From assembly GCA_929200365.1 (NCBI GenBank), contig CAKMZM010000002.1:1-50097 (forward strand): a DNA stretch of 50,097 nt, read 5' to 3'. Made by a program: the position numbers and the translations under genes. Positions 1 through 10,572 of this stretch are shown here, in pieces (positions within the stretch are counted from its first letter, which is position 1; every line of letters begins with the position of its first letter). This DNA comes from an uncultured Flavobacteriaceae bacterium. GTDB taxonomy: Bacteria; Bacteroidota; Bacteroidia; Flavobacteriales; Flavobacteriaceae. The notes under the pieces were generated by a model. The model was not told the origin of the DNA. It did not search any database and saw only the letters and a list, made by a program, of their open reading frames with translations.

Positions 1-308
1 CAAATTTATTAGTGAAGTCGCAAATTAACCTTTAAGGTTTTGACAATAGTAAAAAGCTTTCCAAATCAGGGAAAATTCTTATTTTTTAGGAATAGAAAAA
101 GTTAAGATGAATTTATGGATATTAAATTTAAGAATTTGCGATTTCTTGACCATTTAAAGACACTCAAGGTTTATGTCTATCTATTTATGTTTTAACTAAA
201 ATAAATGTTACTCTTAATTAGTTGATTATTTGTTATAAAAGTCTATTCTGGAGATTAAAAAAAACATTTCTTTGTTTTATTTTTAGATTAAAACTACCTA
301 CAATTTCT

Positions 309-316
309 TATCTTTG
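309..316 (+). promoter_or_regulatory. Bacteroidota sigma70 -7 element (TAnnTTTG)
   Basis: TATCTTTG about 35 nt upstream of the PPIase ATG. Confidence 0.6.
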
Positions 317-349
317 TACCTTGTTTAAAGTTAAATAAAAAAGATTGTA

Positions 350-1282
350 ATGCAAGACGGATTATACGCAAAATTCAATACTTCAAAAGGAAATATATTA
401 GTAAATCTAGAATATAAAAAAACACCAGGCACAGTAGGTAATTTTGTTGGCCTGGCAGAAGGAGATATAGAAAATCAAGTTATTCCTCAAGGAAAACCAT
501 ATTATAATGGTTTAAAATTTCATAGAGTGATTGCAGATTTTATGATTCAAGGAGGAGATCCTCAGGGAACTGGAGCTGGTGGTCCAGGATATCAATTTGA
601 TGATGAGATTCATTCAGATTTAAAACATGATGGTCCAGGAGTACTATCTATGGCTAATGCTGGACCAGGAACAAATGGGAGTCAGTTTTTTATTACTCAT
701 GTAGAAACATCTTGGCTAGATGGGAAACATACAGTTTTTGGTAAAGTAGTAGAAGGACTAGAAGTAGTAAATACAATAGAACAAGGAGATGAGATCGAAT
801 CTATAGAGATTCAAAGAGTGGGAGCAGAAGCCGAAAATTTTAACGCTGTTGAGACTTTTAGAAGCTTTAATGGAGCTAAAGCAGAAAGAGAAGTTGCAGC
901 CCGTAAAAAAACTGAAGATTTATTAGAAGAACTTGCAGCTGGATTTGAGAAAACTGATAGCGGTTTAAGATATAAGATTATTCAGAATGGAGATGGAGTA
1001 AAAGCAGAAAAAGGAAAAACCGTTTCTGTACATTACAAAGGGAGTTTGACTGATGGCACGGTATTTGACTCTTCTTATAAGCGTAATCAGCCTATTGATT
1101 TCCCATTAGGAATGGGACAGGTAATTTCTGGATGGGATGAAGGAATTGCACTGTTACAAGTAGGAGATAAAGCAAGGTTTTTGATTCCACCATACCTTGG
1201 ATATGGAGAACAAGGTGCTGGAGGAGTTATTCCACCTAATGCAACACTTATTTTTGATGTTGAGTTGGTAGATGTAAAATAA
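350..1282 (+). CDS. Dual-family peptidyl-prolyl cis-trans isomerase (N-terminal cyclophilin + C-terminal FKBP)
   Basis: Cyclophilin motifs [43 protein letters not shown]; FKBP motifs [30 protein letters not shown]. Confidence 0.95.
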   Translation: MQDGLYAKFNTSKGNILVNLEYKKTPGTVGNFVGLAEGDIENQVIPQGKPYYNGLKFHRVIADFMIQGGDPQGTGAGGPGYQFDDEIHSDLKHDGPGVLSMANAGPGTNGSQFFITHVETSWLDGKHTVFGKVVEGLEVVNTIEQGDEIESIEIQRVGAEAENFNAVETFRSFNGAKAEREVAARKKTEDLLEELAAGFEKTDSGLRYKIIQNGDGVKAEKGKTVSVHYKGSLTDGTVFDSSYKRNQPIDFPLGMGQVISGWDEGIALLQVGDKARFLIPPYLGYGEQGAGGVIPPNATLIFDVELVDVK

Positions 1283-1306
1283 CTTTAGATAATTACATAC
1301 AAAGTT

Positions 1307-1337
1307 TTAAAAAATCCCTGTTTTAGGGATTTTTTAA
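1307..1337 (+). terminator. Intrinsic terminator (likely bidirectional)
   Basis: TTAAAAAATCCCT-gtttt-AGGGATTTTTTAA perfect stem after PPIase stop. Confidence 0.8.
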
Positions 1338-1597
1338 TTACTTGTTTTATCTAAAATATAAAAATAACGTTCTGCAATTTAATATTTGATAATAGAATGA
1401 GAATAATATAAATATGTATGTACTTAAAGTTTTTTGAATTAAAAATGTTATTTTTAATAATTGTGTTTTTTTAACATAAATTTTATTGTTTTAACAATAT
1501 GGTTTTTATAGAAATCATTTTGTTAAAAAAAAATATTAGGACGTTCGAATCCTCTTTTATTTATATTTTAACCCAAATTACATAGCTCCTCCTAGAT

Positions 1598-2401
1598 ATG
1601 AAACAAGGACTTATTATTTTTTTTATTCTGTGCAATATTCATTTTACTTCTGGTCAAGATGAAGCAGATATTCTAGTCAAAATCAATGATCAAATAGAGA
1701 TGATTGATGGTTATATAGAATTTGAAACTTTTTTCTTAGATCCAGAAGAATTTCTTGATAAGATGGCAGATCATGGCGCAGAACTTAATGGATATTATGA
1801 GCATGAACGTCTCAAGAAAATTACTAGAAAAGTAGGTACCAGAGTAGCAGATGTTGTAACTACATTTTATTTTTGGAATGATCAACTTATTCATGTAAAC
1901 TATAAACAACGCCCTTATTTAGAAACAAAAAATGCGAGTGGTCAACGAATTATGGATTATTCTAGTGCTTTTACTAAATATGAGTCGAAATATTATTTTA
2001 GAAATGATGAAGAATTAGAAAAAAAGGAAATGGGTCAACCTTTGGGTGGTATGGAGCCCGAAGAAGAGTTTATCAAGTATGCATATAAAATGAAGGCACT
2101 ACTAGATAACAAATTCTATAATAGAGATACATATGAAGCGTTACAGGGAAAATGGCTTTTTCTCCAGAATACAGATGATTGTTTGATTTTTGAAGGGACA
2201 ATACGATTTAATTTTTACAACGGTAAATTTGCAAATCGTTTGAAAACCAGAATAGAAGATAAAAACATCTTGGTTTGTTTTTTCCCTATGGATGATCGTA
2301 TTTATAGATATAAAATTGATAACTTAAATGATAATATGCTTACATTGACAGATCTTTTTTCTAAAGAAGAGTTTGTTTATACTAAAGTAAAAGTAGAATG
2401 A
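1598..2401 (+). CDS. Hypothetical secreted protein
   Basis: 267-aa ORF, N-terminal hydrophobic signal peptide, C-terminal lipocalin-like GKW motif. Confidence 0.75.
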   Translation: MKQGLIIFFILCNIHFTSGQDEADILVKINDQIEMIDGYIEFETFFLDPEEFLDKMADHGAELNGYYEHERLKKITRKVGTRVADVVTTFYFWNDQLIHVNYKQRPYLETKNASGQRIMDYSSAFTKYESKYYFRNDEELEKKEMGQPLGGMEPEEEFIKYAYKMKALLDNKFYNRDTYEALQGKWLFLQNTDDCLIFEGTIRFNFYNGKFANRLKTRIEDKNILVCFFPMDDRIYRYKIDNLNDNMLTLTDLFSKEEFVYTKVKVE

Positions 2402-2412
2402 TTTTTTAAACT

Positions 2413-2928
2413 ATGAATTTAAGATATCCTATAGGAAAATTTGAATGCCCAAAAATAATAACTTCCAATCATATCGAAAGATGGATATATGATATAGAAG
2501 AGTTACCAGCAAAACTATCAAATCTGGTTTCCACATTTAGCGAACAACAATTAGAAACACAATACCGTTCTGGTGGTTGGACCGCCAGGCAAGTAATACA
2601 TCATATTCATGATAGTCATCATAATGGATATATTCGATTTAAGTGGGCATTAACAGAAAATAAACCCATGATAAAGGCCTATGATGAGCAATTATGGGCC
2701 GAATTGTTTGACACTAAGTCTGCACCAATTCATTTATCCTTAGACTTGATAAAAGCTTTACATGCTAAATGGGTATACTTCTTAAAAGGTTTATCTGCTC
2801 ACGATCTCGAAAAAGAGTTTATACATCCAGAAGGAGATATTTCAATTTCGTTGGGCGAAGATATCGGTATCTATGCATGGCATGGTAATCATCATTTTGC
2901 GCATTTACAAATTATTGCTCAACTCTAA
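2413..2928 (+). CDS. YfiT/BstA-family (DinB superfamily) metal-dependent thiol transferase
   Basis: LRYPIGKF N-terminus, YRSGGWTARQVIHHIHDSH, YAWHGNHH metal-binding His pattern. Confidence 0.9.
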   Translation: MNLRYPIGKFECPKIITSNHIERWIYDIEELPAKLSNLVSTFSEQQLETQYRSGGWTARQVIHHIHDSHHNGYIRFKWALTENKPMIKAYDEQLWAELFDTKSAPIHLSLDLIKALHAKWVYFLKGLSAHDLEKEFIHPEGDISISLGEDIGIYAWHGNHHFAHLQIIAQL

Positions 2929-2929
2929 T

Positions 2930-3430
2930 TTAAAGAAATAATACCATTCTTTGCATTTCTCTATGTTCATCTTTTAGATCAGGATAATCCAGAGTATAAA
3001 AAGAAACAGTATTAAAACCCATTTTTTTATAAAAGGGTAGTGCAGGACTGGTACTCATTACATCTAGCCAAACAATTTTCTTACCAAGATTAATAGCATA
3101 ATTTTTAACAAACTCAATTCCCTTTTTAGCGATACCTAGGTCTAGACCTGTGGGCGATTTTAAAAGATATATTTTTTCTAACTGTAATGTTATAGAAGTA
3201 TCGAATCCTTTGATAGCTTCCTGCTTTTTGGATTAAAAAATAGGCAATGGAATGGTATCTGTTTTAAAATCTTCTTCAAAAGCTTCTTGATTGAAACTTA
3301 GATTTACATAATAGCTAGGATCATTATTTTCCTAAATATGGGCATAATGTTCTGGGTAGAATTGCTGGCTTATATTAATCAACTCAGTAATGTCATTGGT
3401 AGAACATTCTTTAAAAATTACTTCTTGCAT
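2930..3430 (-). pseudogene. GNAT acetyltransferase pseudogene
   Basis: 501-nt frame MQEVIFKEC...LEKIYLLKS...KKIVWLDVMSTSPALPFYKKMGF...RMVLFL* with in-frame stops at 3332-3334 (TAG) and 3233-3235 (TAA); absent from the ORF track. Confidence 0.8.
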
Positions 3431-3472
3431 ATTCTAAGGCTATAATACTGTAGCAATTTTTATAAGTTGTAT

Positions 3473-4030
3473 CTATTCTTTCCACTTAATATTACAACCA
3501 ATACTTGGTTTTTGTTTTTCAGAAACTTTGGCATTACGAAGTACAGCATCAAGTGCCTGACGAAGATCACGACCATTGACAGGAATTCCGTTTCCAGGTC
3601 TGGAATCATCAAGCTGCCCTCGATAAATGAGTTTTGATTCAGAATCAAATAAGTAAAAATCAGGGGTGCAGGCAGCATCATATATTTTAGCAATATTCTG
3701 GGTTTCGTCAAATAAATATGGAAATGTATAATTATTTTTCCGAGCGGTTTTCCACATTTCTCTAGGAGCATCCTGAGGGTATTTTTCGATATCATTACTG
3801 CTAATAGCTACAAAACCAAATCCCTGAACCCGATAGTCATTAGCGATACGTACTATTTCTTCGTTAACATGGATCACAAAAGGACAATGATTGCAAATAA
3901 ACATAACCACAGTTCCTTTTTCGCCTTTTATATCGTTAAGAGAATACTTGTTATTGGTAATAGAGTCTACAAGTGTGAAATCGGGTGCAATAGTACCAAG
4001 AGGTAACATGTTAGACGGAGTACGAGCCAT
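3473..4030 (-). CDS. Thioredoxin-fold / AhpC-TSA family protein
   Basis: MARTPSNMLPLG start, FICNHCPFV (CxxC), ACTPDFYLF, SIGCNIKW; ATG at 4030 preferred. Confidence 0.9.
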   Translation of the reverse strand: MARTPSNMLPLGTIAPDFTLVDSITNNKYSLNDIKGEKGTVVMFICNHCPFVIHVNEEIVRIANDYRVQGFGFVAISSNDIEKYPQDAPREMWKTARKNNYTFPYLFDETQNIAKIYDAACTPDFYLFDSESKLIYRGQLDDSRPGNGIPVNGRDLRQALDAVLRNAKVSEKQKPSIGCNIKWKE

Positions 4031-4134
4031 GATTTTCTTTTTTTTGAAAGGTTTCAAAATTACAATATTATACTATATAAGTCTACAAAAAACAGACCTT
4101 AGTTACAACTGTAATTCACAATTTTAAACATTGA

Positions 4135-4238
4135 TACTCATCTTGATTTTTTCTGTTTGTAAAAACATAAGGCTTTCAATCCTTGATGATACCTTTTTTA
4201 TATGGCATAGTTACAGTATGAAAAAATCAAGATGAGTA
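4135..4238. mobile_element. MITE-like element with perfect 19-bp terminal inverted repeats
   Basis: TACTCATCTTGATTTTTTC (4135-4153) / GAAAAAATCAAGATGAGTA (4220-4238); internal GCATAGTTAC core shared with elements at 10370 and 45208. Confidence 0.7.
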
Positions 4239-4258
4239 GTTTAACTCAATACTTCAAT

Positions 4259-6772
4259 TTACATTTCATCGCTAAAGAAAATAGCATTCATTAGTAGCTT
4301 ATTGGTGCCATACCAAAAAGCTCTAAAATTAGTATTGTCAGTAAACAGGATTACATTTCCTTTTCCAAAATTATTATGTTTAAAAGGAACTGTACCAGAT
4401 AGAGAATCCAAATTCTTTTTACTAATATATCCACTTAACAAAGGTTTTTTGGTATATCGAATTGGATTGTTGTAACTCTGTTTGTCTGGCTTAATAAATA
4501 ATTTTGTATTTCTAAATAGTGAAATCTTATCATTTTTATATCCAAAATTAATAGGATGAGAACGATCTATTTCGGCTTCAAAAATAGCTCCACCAATTAC
4601 TTGTGCACCATTAAAATCTTGTCTTTGTTCAAAGGATATGTTTTTTGCATCATTTTTTGGAGTAGCAAATTCGATTTTCATGAATTCATTATTCTTAAAA
4701 AACTGAGCAGCATTTCTATATCCAATTAGTGTTCCGCCATTACGAACCCATGTTTTTAATTTTTCTGCTTTTTCTTTGCCAAAAGACTGTCTCCAACTAT
4801 TCGGTAGTACAATATGTGTATACTTTGATAAAGTGATTCTGCTAAAATTACGTGTTTCTAATTTTGTAATAGGAATATCATAACGTTGATCCATTAAATG
4901 CCAGACTTCTCCAGCATCATAAGGTGTGATTCCGTTACCCGTAAACAAACCAATTCTTGGGAGTGATAAAGCACGAAATTGATTACTTCCAAGGTCAATT
5001 CCCTTGGTAAGACCTGTAGAAACACTATTGATATCAATGTGATTCTCGGCAGCTATTTTTTGTAATAATTTATGTAGCTCTTCTTTATTTAATTTTTGAT
5101 TTTGAACAGGAATTAAAATTGTACCATAGTCATAATCTTTGTTTTCTAATGAGAAAGGTTTCATTCCAACTTTGGCTCGTAATCCATTAGCTAGAATCTG
5201 ATATAAGGCCTTTGGAGTGTAATACTCATGCCATTGTATTAGGTATGCATAATCACTTTTATTAACAGGATTAGTTTTTCGATACGTGAGGTCTGATATT
5301 TCGTTACCTAGATTAGAAATAGCTGCATTATCAGAATAATCTAGGTTAAAGGCCAAAGGGAATGTCCAGGCAGAAACATCATAAAAGAGACTATCTTGAA
5401 ATGTTGTTCTTTTTTCAAAAATAGCTTTTAATAATCTTTTTTGTCGCTGGTTTTTAGGAACAATATAGCTATACTCTTTTTTGAAAAAACTACCTTGAAT
5501 GGTTACATCTTGTTTAAGTTCATATAGTTTGACTTGATGTCTTTTAAGGATTTCAGCAAGATGGTAAGATGAAGCCGCATCTTTTTGGTTACCAAAAATA
5601 TAAGCATCTTTAGTTGCTTCCTTTCTTGCGTTGTTGTAAAAACTTCGCTTATATTCTAATAACTCTTTACGCATTGATTTTGCGGCTTCTAATGTAGAAA
5701 GTGCCGCTGTAAATTGATTTCTTATAGTAAAAGGAAAAGTGAGTAGCCCATTATCGGTTTGCTGGGCATGACCACGCGAACTACCTTGTTCAAATAAAAT
5801 ACCAATGCTCCCATTAATATCAGGGAAAGTAGATCCTTTACCATAATAAAAGTCGTCAAAATTCTCTTCGGTATAATATAGTGAGCCAATATTATCTAAC
5901 GCTTTTACATGATAATTACCAATTTTTTTGGTGAGTTCCTGATTTAATTTAGGAGTTAAAGGATGTGTTCGTGATTGAATCCCTGGTTGAAAAAAGAAAG
6001 TACTATTAGATCCCATTTCATGATGATCGGTAAGAATATTGGGATACCATTTATGAAAAGTCTTGATACGAGCTCTGGATTCTGGTAATTGTACTGGTAA
6101 CCAATCACGATTCATATCAAACCAATAATGATTTGTTCTTCCGCCAGGCCATACTTCACTGTATTCTCGATCCTGAGGGTCTGTACTAATATTTTTGCTT
6201 TTATTGGTATTGGTCCAATAGGCAAAACGTTGCAAACCATCAGGGTTAAATGAGGGGTCAAATAAAATGACAACATTGTCTAAAAGATCGTCTATTTCTT
6301 GCCCTTGTGCAGCAGCAAGATAGTATGCCGCAACTAGTGATGCATTAGAACCACTAGGCTCATTACCGTGAATAGAGAATCCCTGATATACAATTGCAGG
6401 CAAGTTTTCTATATTTAATATATCAGAACCATTTTGAGTAAGTTCTATATGTTTTTTTTGTATTTCCTGAAGGTTTTGGTGGTTTTTTTCTGAGGTTATC
6501 GTGAGTAATAGTATCGGGCGATCTTCAAAAGTTTTTCCTCTATCTTCAATTGTTATTCTGGATGATGCTTTGGCGAGAACCTTCATATAGTTAACAAGCT
6601 TATCGTGGGTTACATGCCATTTTCCAGGTACATAACCAAGTATACTTTGCGGAGTAGGAATCTCAGGATTGTACGTAACATTTTTTGGAAGATAATATGC
6701 TAGGGATAGATCATCTTGAGAGAAGGAAACAAAGCCTAGTAGAATAAGAAAAACAGTAAAGATATATTTCAT
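4259..6772 (-). CDS. Secreted zinc carboxypeptidase (M14 family) with C-terminal glutamine-amidotransferase-like domain
   Basis: Signal peptide, SIHGNE (HxxE), NPDG, DMNRDW, DHHEM. Confidence 0.9.
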   Translation of the reverse strand: MKYIFTVFLILLGFVSFSQDDLSLAYYLPKNVTYNPEIPTPQSILGYVPGKWHVTHDKLVNYMKVLAKASSRITIEDRGKTFEDRPILLLTITSEKNHQNLQEIQKKHIELTQNGSDILNIENLPAIVYQGFSIHGNEPSGSNASLVAAYYLAAAQGQEIDDLLDNVVILFDPSFNPDGLQRFAYWTNTNKSKNISTDPQDREYSEVWPGGRTNHYWFDMNRDWLPVQLPESRARIKTFHKWYPNILTDHHEMGSNSTFFFQPGIQSRTHPLTPKLNQELTKKIGNYHVKALDNIGSLYYTEENFDDFYYGKGSTFPDINGSIGILFEQGSSRGHAQQTDNGLLTFPFTIRNQFTAALSTLEAAKSMRKELLEYKRSFYNNARKEATKDAYIFGNQKDAASSYHLAEILKRHQVKLYELKQDVTIQGSFFKKEYSYIVPKNQRQKRLLKAIFEKRTTFQDSLFYDVSAWTFPLAFNLDYSDNAAISNLGNEISDLTYRKTNPVNKSDYAYLIQWHEYYTPKALYQILANGLRAKVGMKPFSLENKDYDYGTILIPVQNQKLNKEELHKLLQKIAAENHIDINSVSTGLTKGIDLGSNQFRALSLPRIGLFTGNGITPYDAGEVWHLMDQRYDIPITKLETRNFSRITLSKYTHIVLPNSWRQSFGKEKAEKLKTWVRNGGTLIGYRNAAQFFKNNEFMKIEFATPKNDAKNISFEQRQDFNGAQVIGGAIFEAEIDRSHPINFGYKNDKISLFRNTKLFIKPDKQSYNNPIRYTKKPLLSGYISKKNLDSLSGTVPFKHNNFGKGNVILFTDNTNFRAFWYGTNKLLMNAIFFSDEM

Positions 6773-6811
6773 ACGTCTTATTTTTTGTAATTATTTTTGA
6801 TGTGTGAATAT

Positions 6812-6843
6812 AAAAAAAACCGCTTCATCCACTGAAGCGGTTT
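6812..6843 (-). terminator. Intrinsic terminator of the PUR/DUF3276 gene
   Basis: AAACCGCTTCA-tccac-TGAAGCGGTTT stem with a U-tract on the minus strand. Confidence 0.8.
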
Positions 6844-6876
6844 ACATAACTTTAACTTAAAGCTGTATGTATTTGT

Positions 6877-7269
6877 CTAGATATCGTCAAAGCTTACATC
6901 TGTAAAGCTTTCTGTAGGTGCAGTAACTTCTTTTGGAAGGTCATTTTCAACTCTATCTTTTTCATATGATTTCTGAAAATCTTTCTGGTGTCGTTCACTG
7001 ATTACTTCTTCTCCTTTTTCATCAACAATAAAATGAGTCATTTCATTTAAAATCTCAGTAAAACCAACAAAATCTTCTTTGTAAAGATAAATCTTATGTT
7101 TTTTATAGTGAAAAGAACCATCATCATTGGTAAACTTTTTACTTTCTGTTATTGTTAGATAATAATCTCCTGCCTTTGTAGCTCTTACGTCAAAGAAATA
7201 TGTTCTTCTTCCTGCTCGTAAAACTTTTGAGAAAATTTCTTCTTTATCCATCATTTCATTATCACTCAT
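6877..7269 (-). CDS. PUR-family DNA/RNA-binding protein (DUF3276)
   Basis: IFSKVLRAGRRTYFFDVRATK..YYLTITESKK..KHKIYLYKEDF. Confidence 0.9.
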   Translation of the reverse strand: MSDNEMMDKEEIFSKVLRAGRRTYFFDVRATKAGDYYLTITESKKFTNDDGSFHYKKHKIYLYKEDFVGFTEILNEMTHFIVDEKGEEVISERHQKDFQKSYEKDRVENDLPKEVTAPTESFTDVSFDDI

Positions 7270-7348
7270 AATCCGTATGTATTAATTAATTACTATTGTT
7301 ATGATGGTTTCAAAAATCCAAAAAAATTGTTAACCTTACAAAAAAAAC

Positions 7349-9106
7349 TCAAATTTCTTTTTCATTAAGTTGTTTTAGATATAGGTTTTTATAATACCCT
7401 TCTTTTCTTATTAGTTGATTATGAGTTCCTTGCTGGATTATTTTGCCTTCTTCTAAAACGATAATTTTATTTGCATTTTTGGCAGTAGAAACTCTATGAC
7501 TTACTATGAAAGTTGTTTTGTTTTTAGAAATCTTACGAAGATTGTTGAGAATTTCTTCTTCGGTTTCTGTATCTACAGCAGATAAGCAATCATCAAACAA
7601 TAGTATAGATGGATTTTTAAGTATTGCTCTTGCGATAGAAACGCGTTGTTTTTGGCCTCCAGATAGTGTGATCCCACGTTCTCCTAAAACAGTGTCATAT
7701 CCTTTACTAAAACCTATTATGTTTTTATGAACTACTGCATTTTTAGCTGCTTCATATACCTCTTCATCTGTAGCATTCTCATTTCCAAACTTTATATTGT
7801 TTTGTATACTATCACTAAATAAAAAAGCATCCTGTGGGACATAACCTATATGCTCTCTCAAATTGGTTAAATTGAGATTTTTTAGAGGAATCCCATCTAT
7901 TCGTATTTCACCAGATGAAACATCGTAAAGTCTGCCTATTAAATCTAATATTGTTGATTTTCCAGCTCCTGTTTTTCCTATAATACCAATCGTTTCTCCA
8001 TTTTTAACTTCAAAACTTATCTGTTGTAGAGCAGTGATATTAGTATCATCATAGATAAAAGAAACATTATCAAAAATAATATTTCCTGTAATTGGTGTTT
8101 TTTGGGTTACTGTATTAATGATTTCTGGTTCCTGACTAAGAAATTCATTTATTCTTACTTGAGAAGCTTCAGCTTGTTGAATGATCGAGCTAACCCACCC
8201 AACTGTTGCTACAGGCCAAGTAAGCATATTGATAAAAATGATAAATTCTACAATAACTCCAAAATCTTGTATGGTACCGTCAACGAATTGTTTTCCTCCA
8301 ATATAAATAACTAAAACATTACTAAAACCAATAAGTAAAACCATTAGTGGAAAAAACAAGGCTTGTACTTTTGCTAAGTCAAGATTCTTATCCTTGCTCT
8401 TATTAGATAATTCTGTGAAATTTTTCTGGGTAGGAGACTCAAGACCATATGCTTTGATTACAGAAATACCGCTAAAAGATTCTTGAGTAAACGTGGTTAA
8501 TTTTGATAAAAACTCTTGTACTATAGTACTACGTTTATGAATCGCAACACTCAACTTATAAATAGATATCGATAATATAGGTAAAGGAGTAACAGTGTAT
8601 AAAGTAAGCTCAGGAGCTATACTAATCATGTATCCTATTACAACTACAAACAGAGTAATAGTATTTACACTATACATAATTGCAGGACCGATATACATTC
8701 TAACTCGGGACACATCTTCGCTAATACGATTCATAAGATCTCCTGTTCTATTTTTCTTATAAAAATTGAGAGATAATTTTTCATAATGTTGGAATACTTC
8801 ATTTTTAAGATCAAACTCAATAAATCGGGAAACAACAATAAAGGTTTGCCTCATTAAAAAGGTAAATAATGCCGAAATAAGTAGCGCTCCTACAATAAGA
8901 AGAATGTTCATGATAAGCCCATTTTTTACTTCAGCAATATCAGTGATTTCTTTGTTGATATATTGTTCTACCACATCTACAGAGTCGCCAACTAATGTAG
9001 GAACTATTGTCGCAAAAACTCTTGCGATTATGGTAATCACCAACCCAATAATAAGTCGGTATTTATATTTCAAAAAGTATTTATTTAAATGGCGTAATGC
9101 ACGCAT
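7349..9106 (-). CDS. ABC exporter, fused permease/ATP-binding (MdlA/MsbA-like)
   Basis: TM region, Walker A GKTGAGKS, LSGGQKQR signature, Walker B LLFDD. Confidence 0.95.
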   Translation of the reverse strand: MRALRHLNKYFLKYKYRLIIGLVITIIARVFATIVPTLVGDSVDVVEQYINKEITDIAEVKNGLIMNILLIVGALLISALFTFLMRQTFIVVSRFIEFDLKNEVFQHYEKLSLNFYKKNRTGDLMNRISEDVSRVRMYIGPAIMYSVNTITLFVVVIGYMISIAPELTLYTVTPLPILSISIYKLSVAIHKRSTIVQEFLSKLTTFTQESFSGISVIKAYGLESPTQKNFTELSNKSKDKNLDLAKVQALFFPLMVLLIGFSNVLVIYIGGKQFVDGTIQDFGVIVEFIIFINMLTWPVATVGWVSSIIQQAEASQVRINEFLSQEPEIINTVTQKTPITGNIIFDNVSFIYDDTNITALQQISFEVKNGETIGIIGKTGAGKSTILDLIGRLYDVSSGEIRIDGIPLKNLNLTNLREHIGYVPQDAFLFSDSIQNNIKFGNENATDEEVYEAAKNAVVHKNIIGFSKGYDTVLGERGITLSGGQKQRVSIARAILKNPSILLFDDCLSAVDTETEEEILNNLRKISKNKTTFIVSHRVSTAKNANKIIVLEEGKIIQQGTHNQLIRKEGYYKNLYLKQLNEKEI

Positions 9107-9245
9107 AAAAGCTTATATTTTAAAAACAGATTTCTTAATAAATCCGTAAAGCTTGATAGCTTTGAGTTTCAAATTAATAAAATATGCTATTTTAGCATCA
9201 TTATTTTGAGTATAATATAATTGTAATATTAAAAAACTTTATAAC

Positions 9246-10343
9246 ATGATAACCGAAGTGTTTACTGCAAATCAACTTAAAAAGGAAGCTCCAGTATTTG
9301 GTCAACTATCTTTTGATAATCACGAACAAGTTGTTTTTTGTCAGGACAAAGATACAGGATTGAAGGCAATAATTGGGGTACACAATACAATTTTGGGACC
9401 TGCATTGGGAGGAACCAGAATGTATGACTATGCAACAGAGTGGGATGCACTTAATGATGTATTGAGGTTATCACGAGGAATGACCTATAAATCGGCTATT
9501 ACTGGATTAAATCTTGGAGGAGGAAAAGCAGTGATTATGGGGGATCCTCAAAAAATAAAAACACCAGAGCTTATGAAACGCTTTGGGAAATTTGTACACA
9601 CGTTGGGAGGTAAGTACTATACTGCAGAAGATGTAGGAATGGAAACCTCTGATATGGATACCGTAAGGGAGGTTACTCCTTATGTAACAGGAATATCTGA
9701 ATCAAAAGGAGGAGCAGGAAACCCTTCTCCTGTTACAGCTTATGGTGTTTACATGGGAATGAAAGCGGCTAGTAAATTCACGTATGGAAAAGATACACTA
9801 GAAGGAAAACGAATTTTGATTCAAGGGATTGGACATGTAGGAGAAGAACTGGTGCGATTAGTCTCAGAAGAAGGAGCAGAAGTAATTATTAGTGATATTA
9901 ATGAAAAAAGACTCGAAGCAGTACGTGCTAAGTATGGTGTTGACATATATAAAGGAAATGATCTGTATGCAGAAACAGCAGATATTTATGCTCCTTGCGC
10001 TCTTGGGGCCACTATTAATGATGAAACAATTAATAAATTAAAAGTAAAAGTGATTGCTGGAGCAGCAAATAATCAATTGGCTAATGAAAATAAGCACGGT
10101 TTGTTATTACAAAAGAAAGGAATAGTGTATGCTCCTGATTTTTTAATCAATGCAGGAGGTATCATAAATGTATATGCAGAGATCGAGGGGTATGGGAGAG
10201 ATCAAATTGTAGCTAAAACCGAAAGCATTTATGATACTACTTTAGCTATTTTAAATAAAGCAAAAGCAACCAACGTGACTACAAACACGGCAGCAATTAG
10301 TATTGCAGAAGAAAGAATCGCAGCCCGAAAAAAAGAAATGTAG
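9246..10343 (+). CDS. Glu/Leu/Phe/Val dehydrogenase (leucine dehydrogenase)
   Basis: GPALGGTRM, LNLGGGKAVI, TAEDVG, GAANNQL, APDFLINAGGII. Confidence 0.93.
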   Translation: MITEVFTANQLKKEAPVFGQLSFDNHEQVVFCQDKDTGLKAIIGVHNTILGPALGGTRMYDYATEWDALNDVLRLSRGMTYKSAITGLNLGGGKAVIMGDPQKIKTPELMKRFGKFVHTLGGKYYTAEDVGMETSDMDTVREVTPYVTGISESKGGAGNPSPVTAYGVYMGMKAASKFTYGKDTLEGKRILIQGIGHVGEELVRLVSEEGAEVIISDINEKRLEAVRAKYGVDIYKGNDLYAETADIYAPCALGATINDETINKLKVKVIAGAANNQLANENKHGLLLQKKGIVYAPDFLINAGGIINVYAEIEGYGRDQIVAKTESIYDTTLAILNKAKATNVTTNTAAISIAEERIAARKKEM

Positions 10344-10369
10344 ACCTATTTTAAAGTACAATTACCTGA

Positions 10370-10470
10370 GACTCATTTAAACTTTTTGTTTTTAAGCAAA
10401 AAGTTAAGATTTTTATCATAATGAAGCCTTGCCTGAGTAGCATAACCATAGTTACGGTACCAAAAAAAGA
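10370..10470. mobile_element. Truncated copy of the MITE at 45208-45367
   Basis: ACTCATTTAAACTTTTTGTTTTTAAGCAAAAA...AGTAGCATAACCATAGTTACGGTAC closely matches the 45210-45305 stretch; right TIR missing. Confidence 0.7.
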
Positions 10471-10501
10471 AGTTTAAGGTAGGTACGGTTAAAAATAATA
10501 G

Positions 10502-10509
10502 TATTTTTG
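10502..10509 (+). promoter_or_regulatory. Bacteroidota -7 promoter element for nusB operon
   Basis: TATTTTTG upstream of nusB. Confidence 0.55.
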
Positions 10510-10572
10510 CAGGGACAAAAGTTAAGACATACTATTTGCCATTTTTTAATATAAAGTTCTTTGTAATTTTCT

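Noticed and set aside
350-1282. Cyclophilin-FKBP fusion as a novelty
   Set aside because: Known, conserved architecture in Flavobacteriaceae
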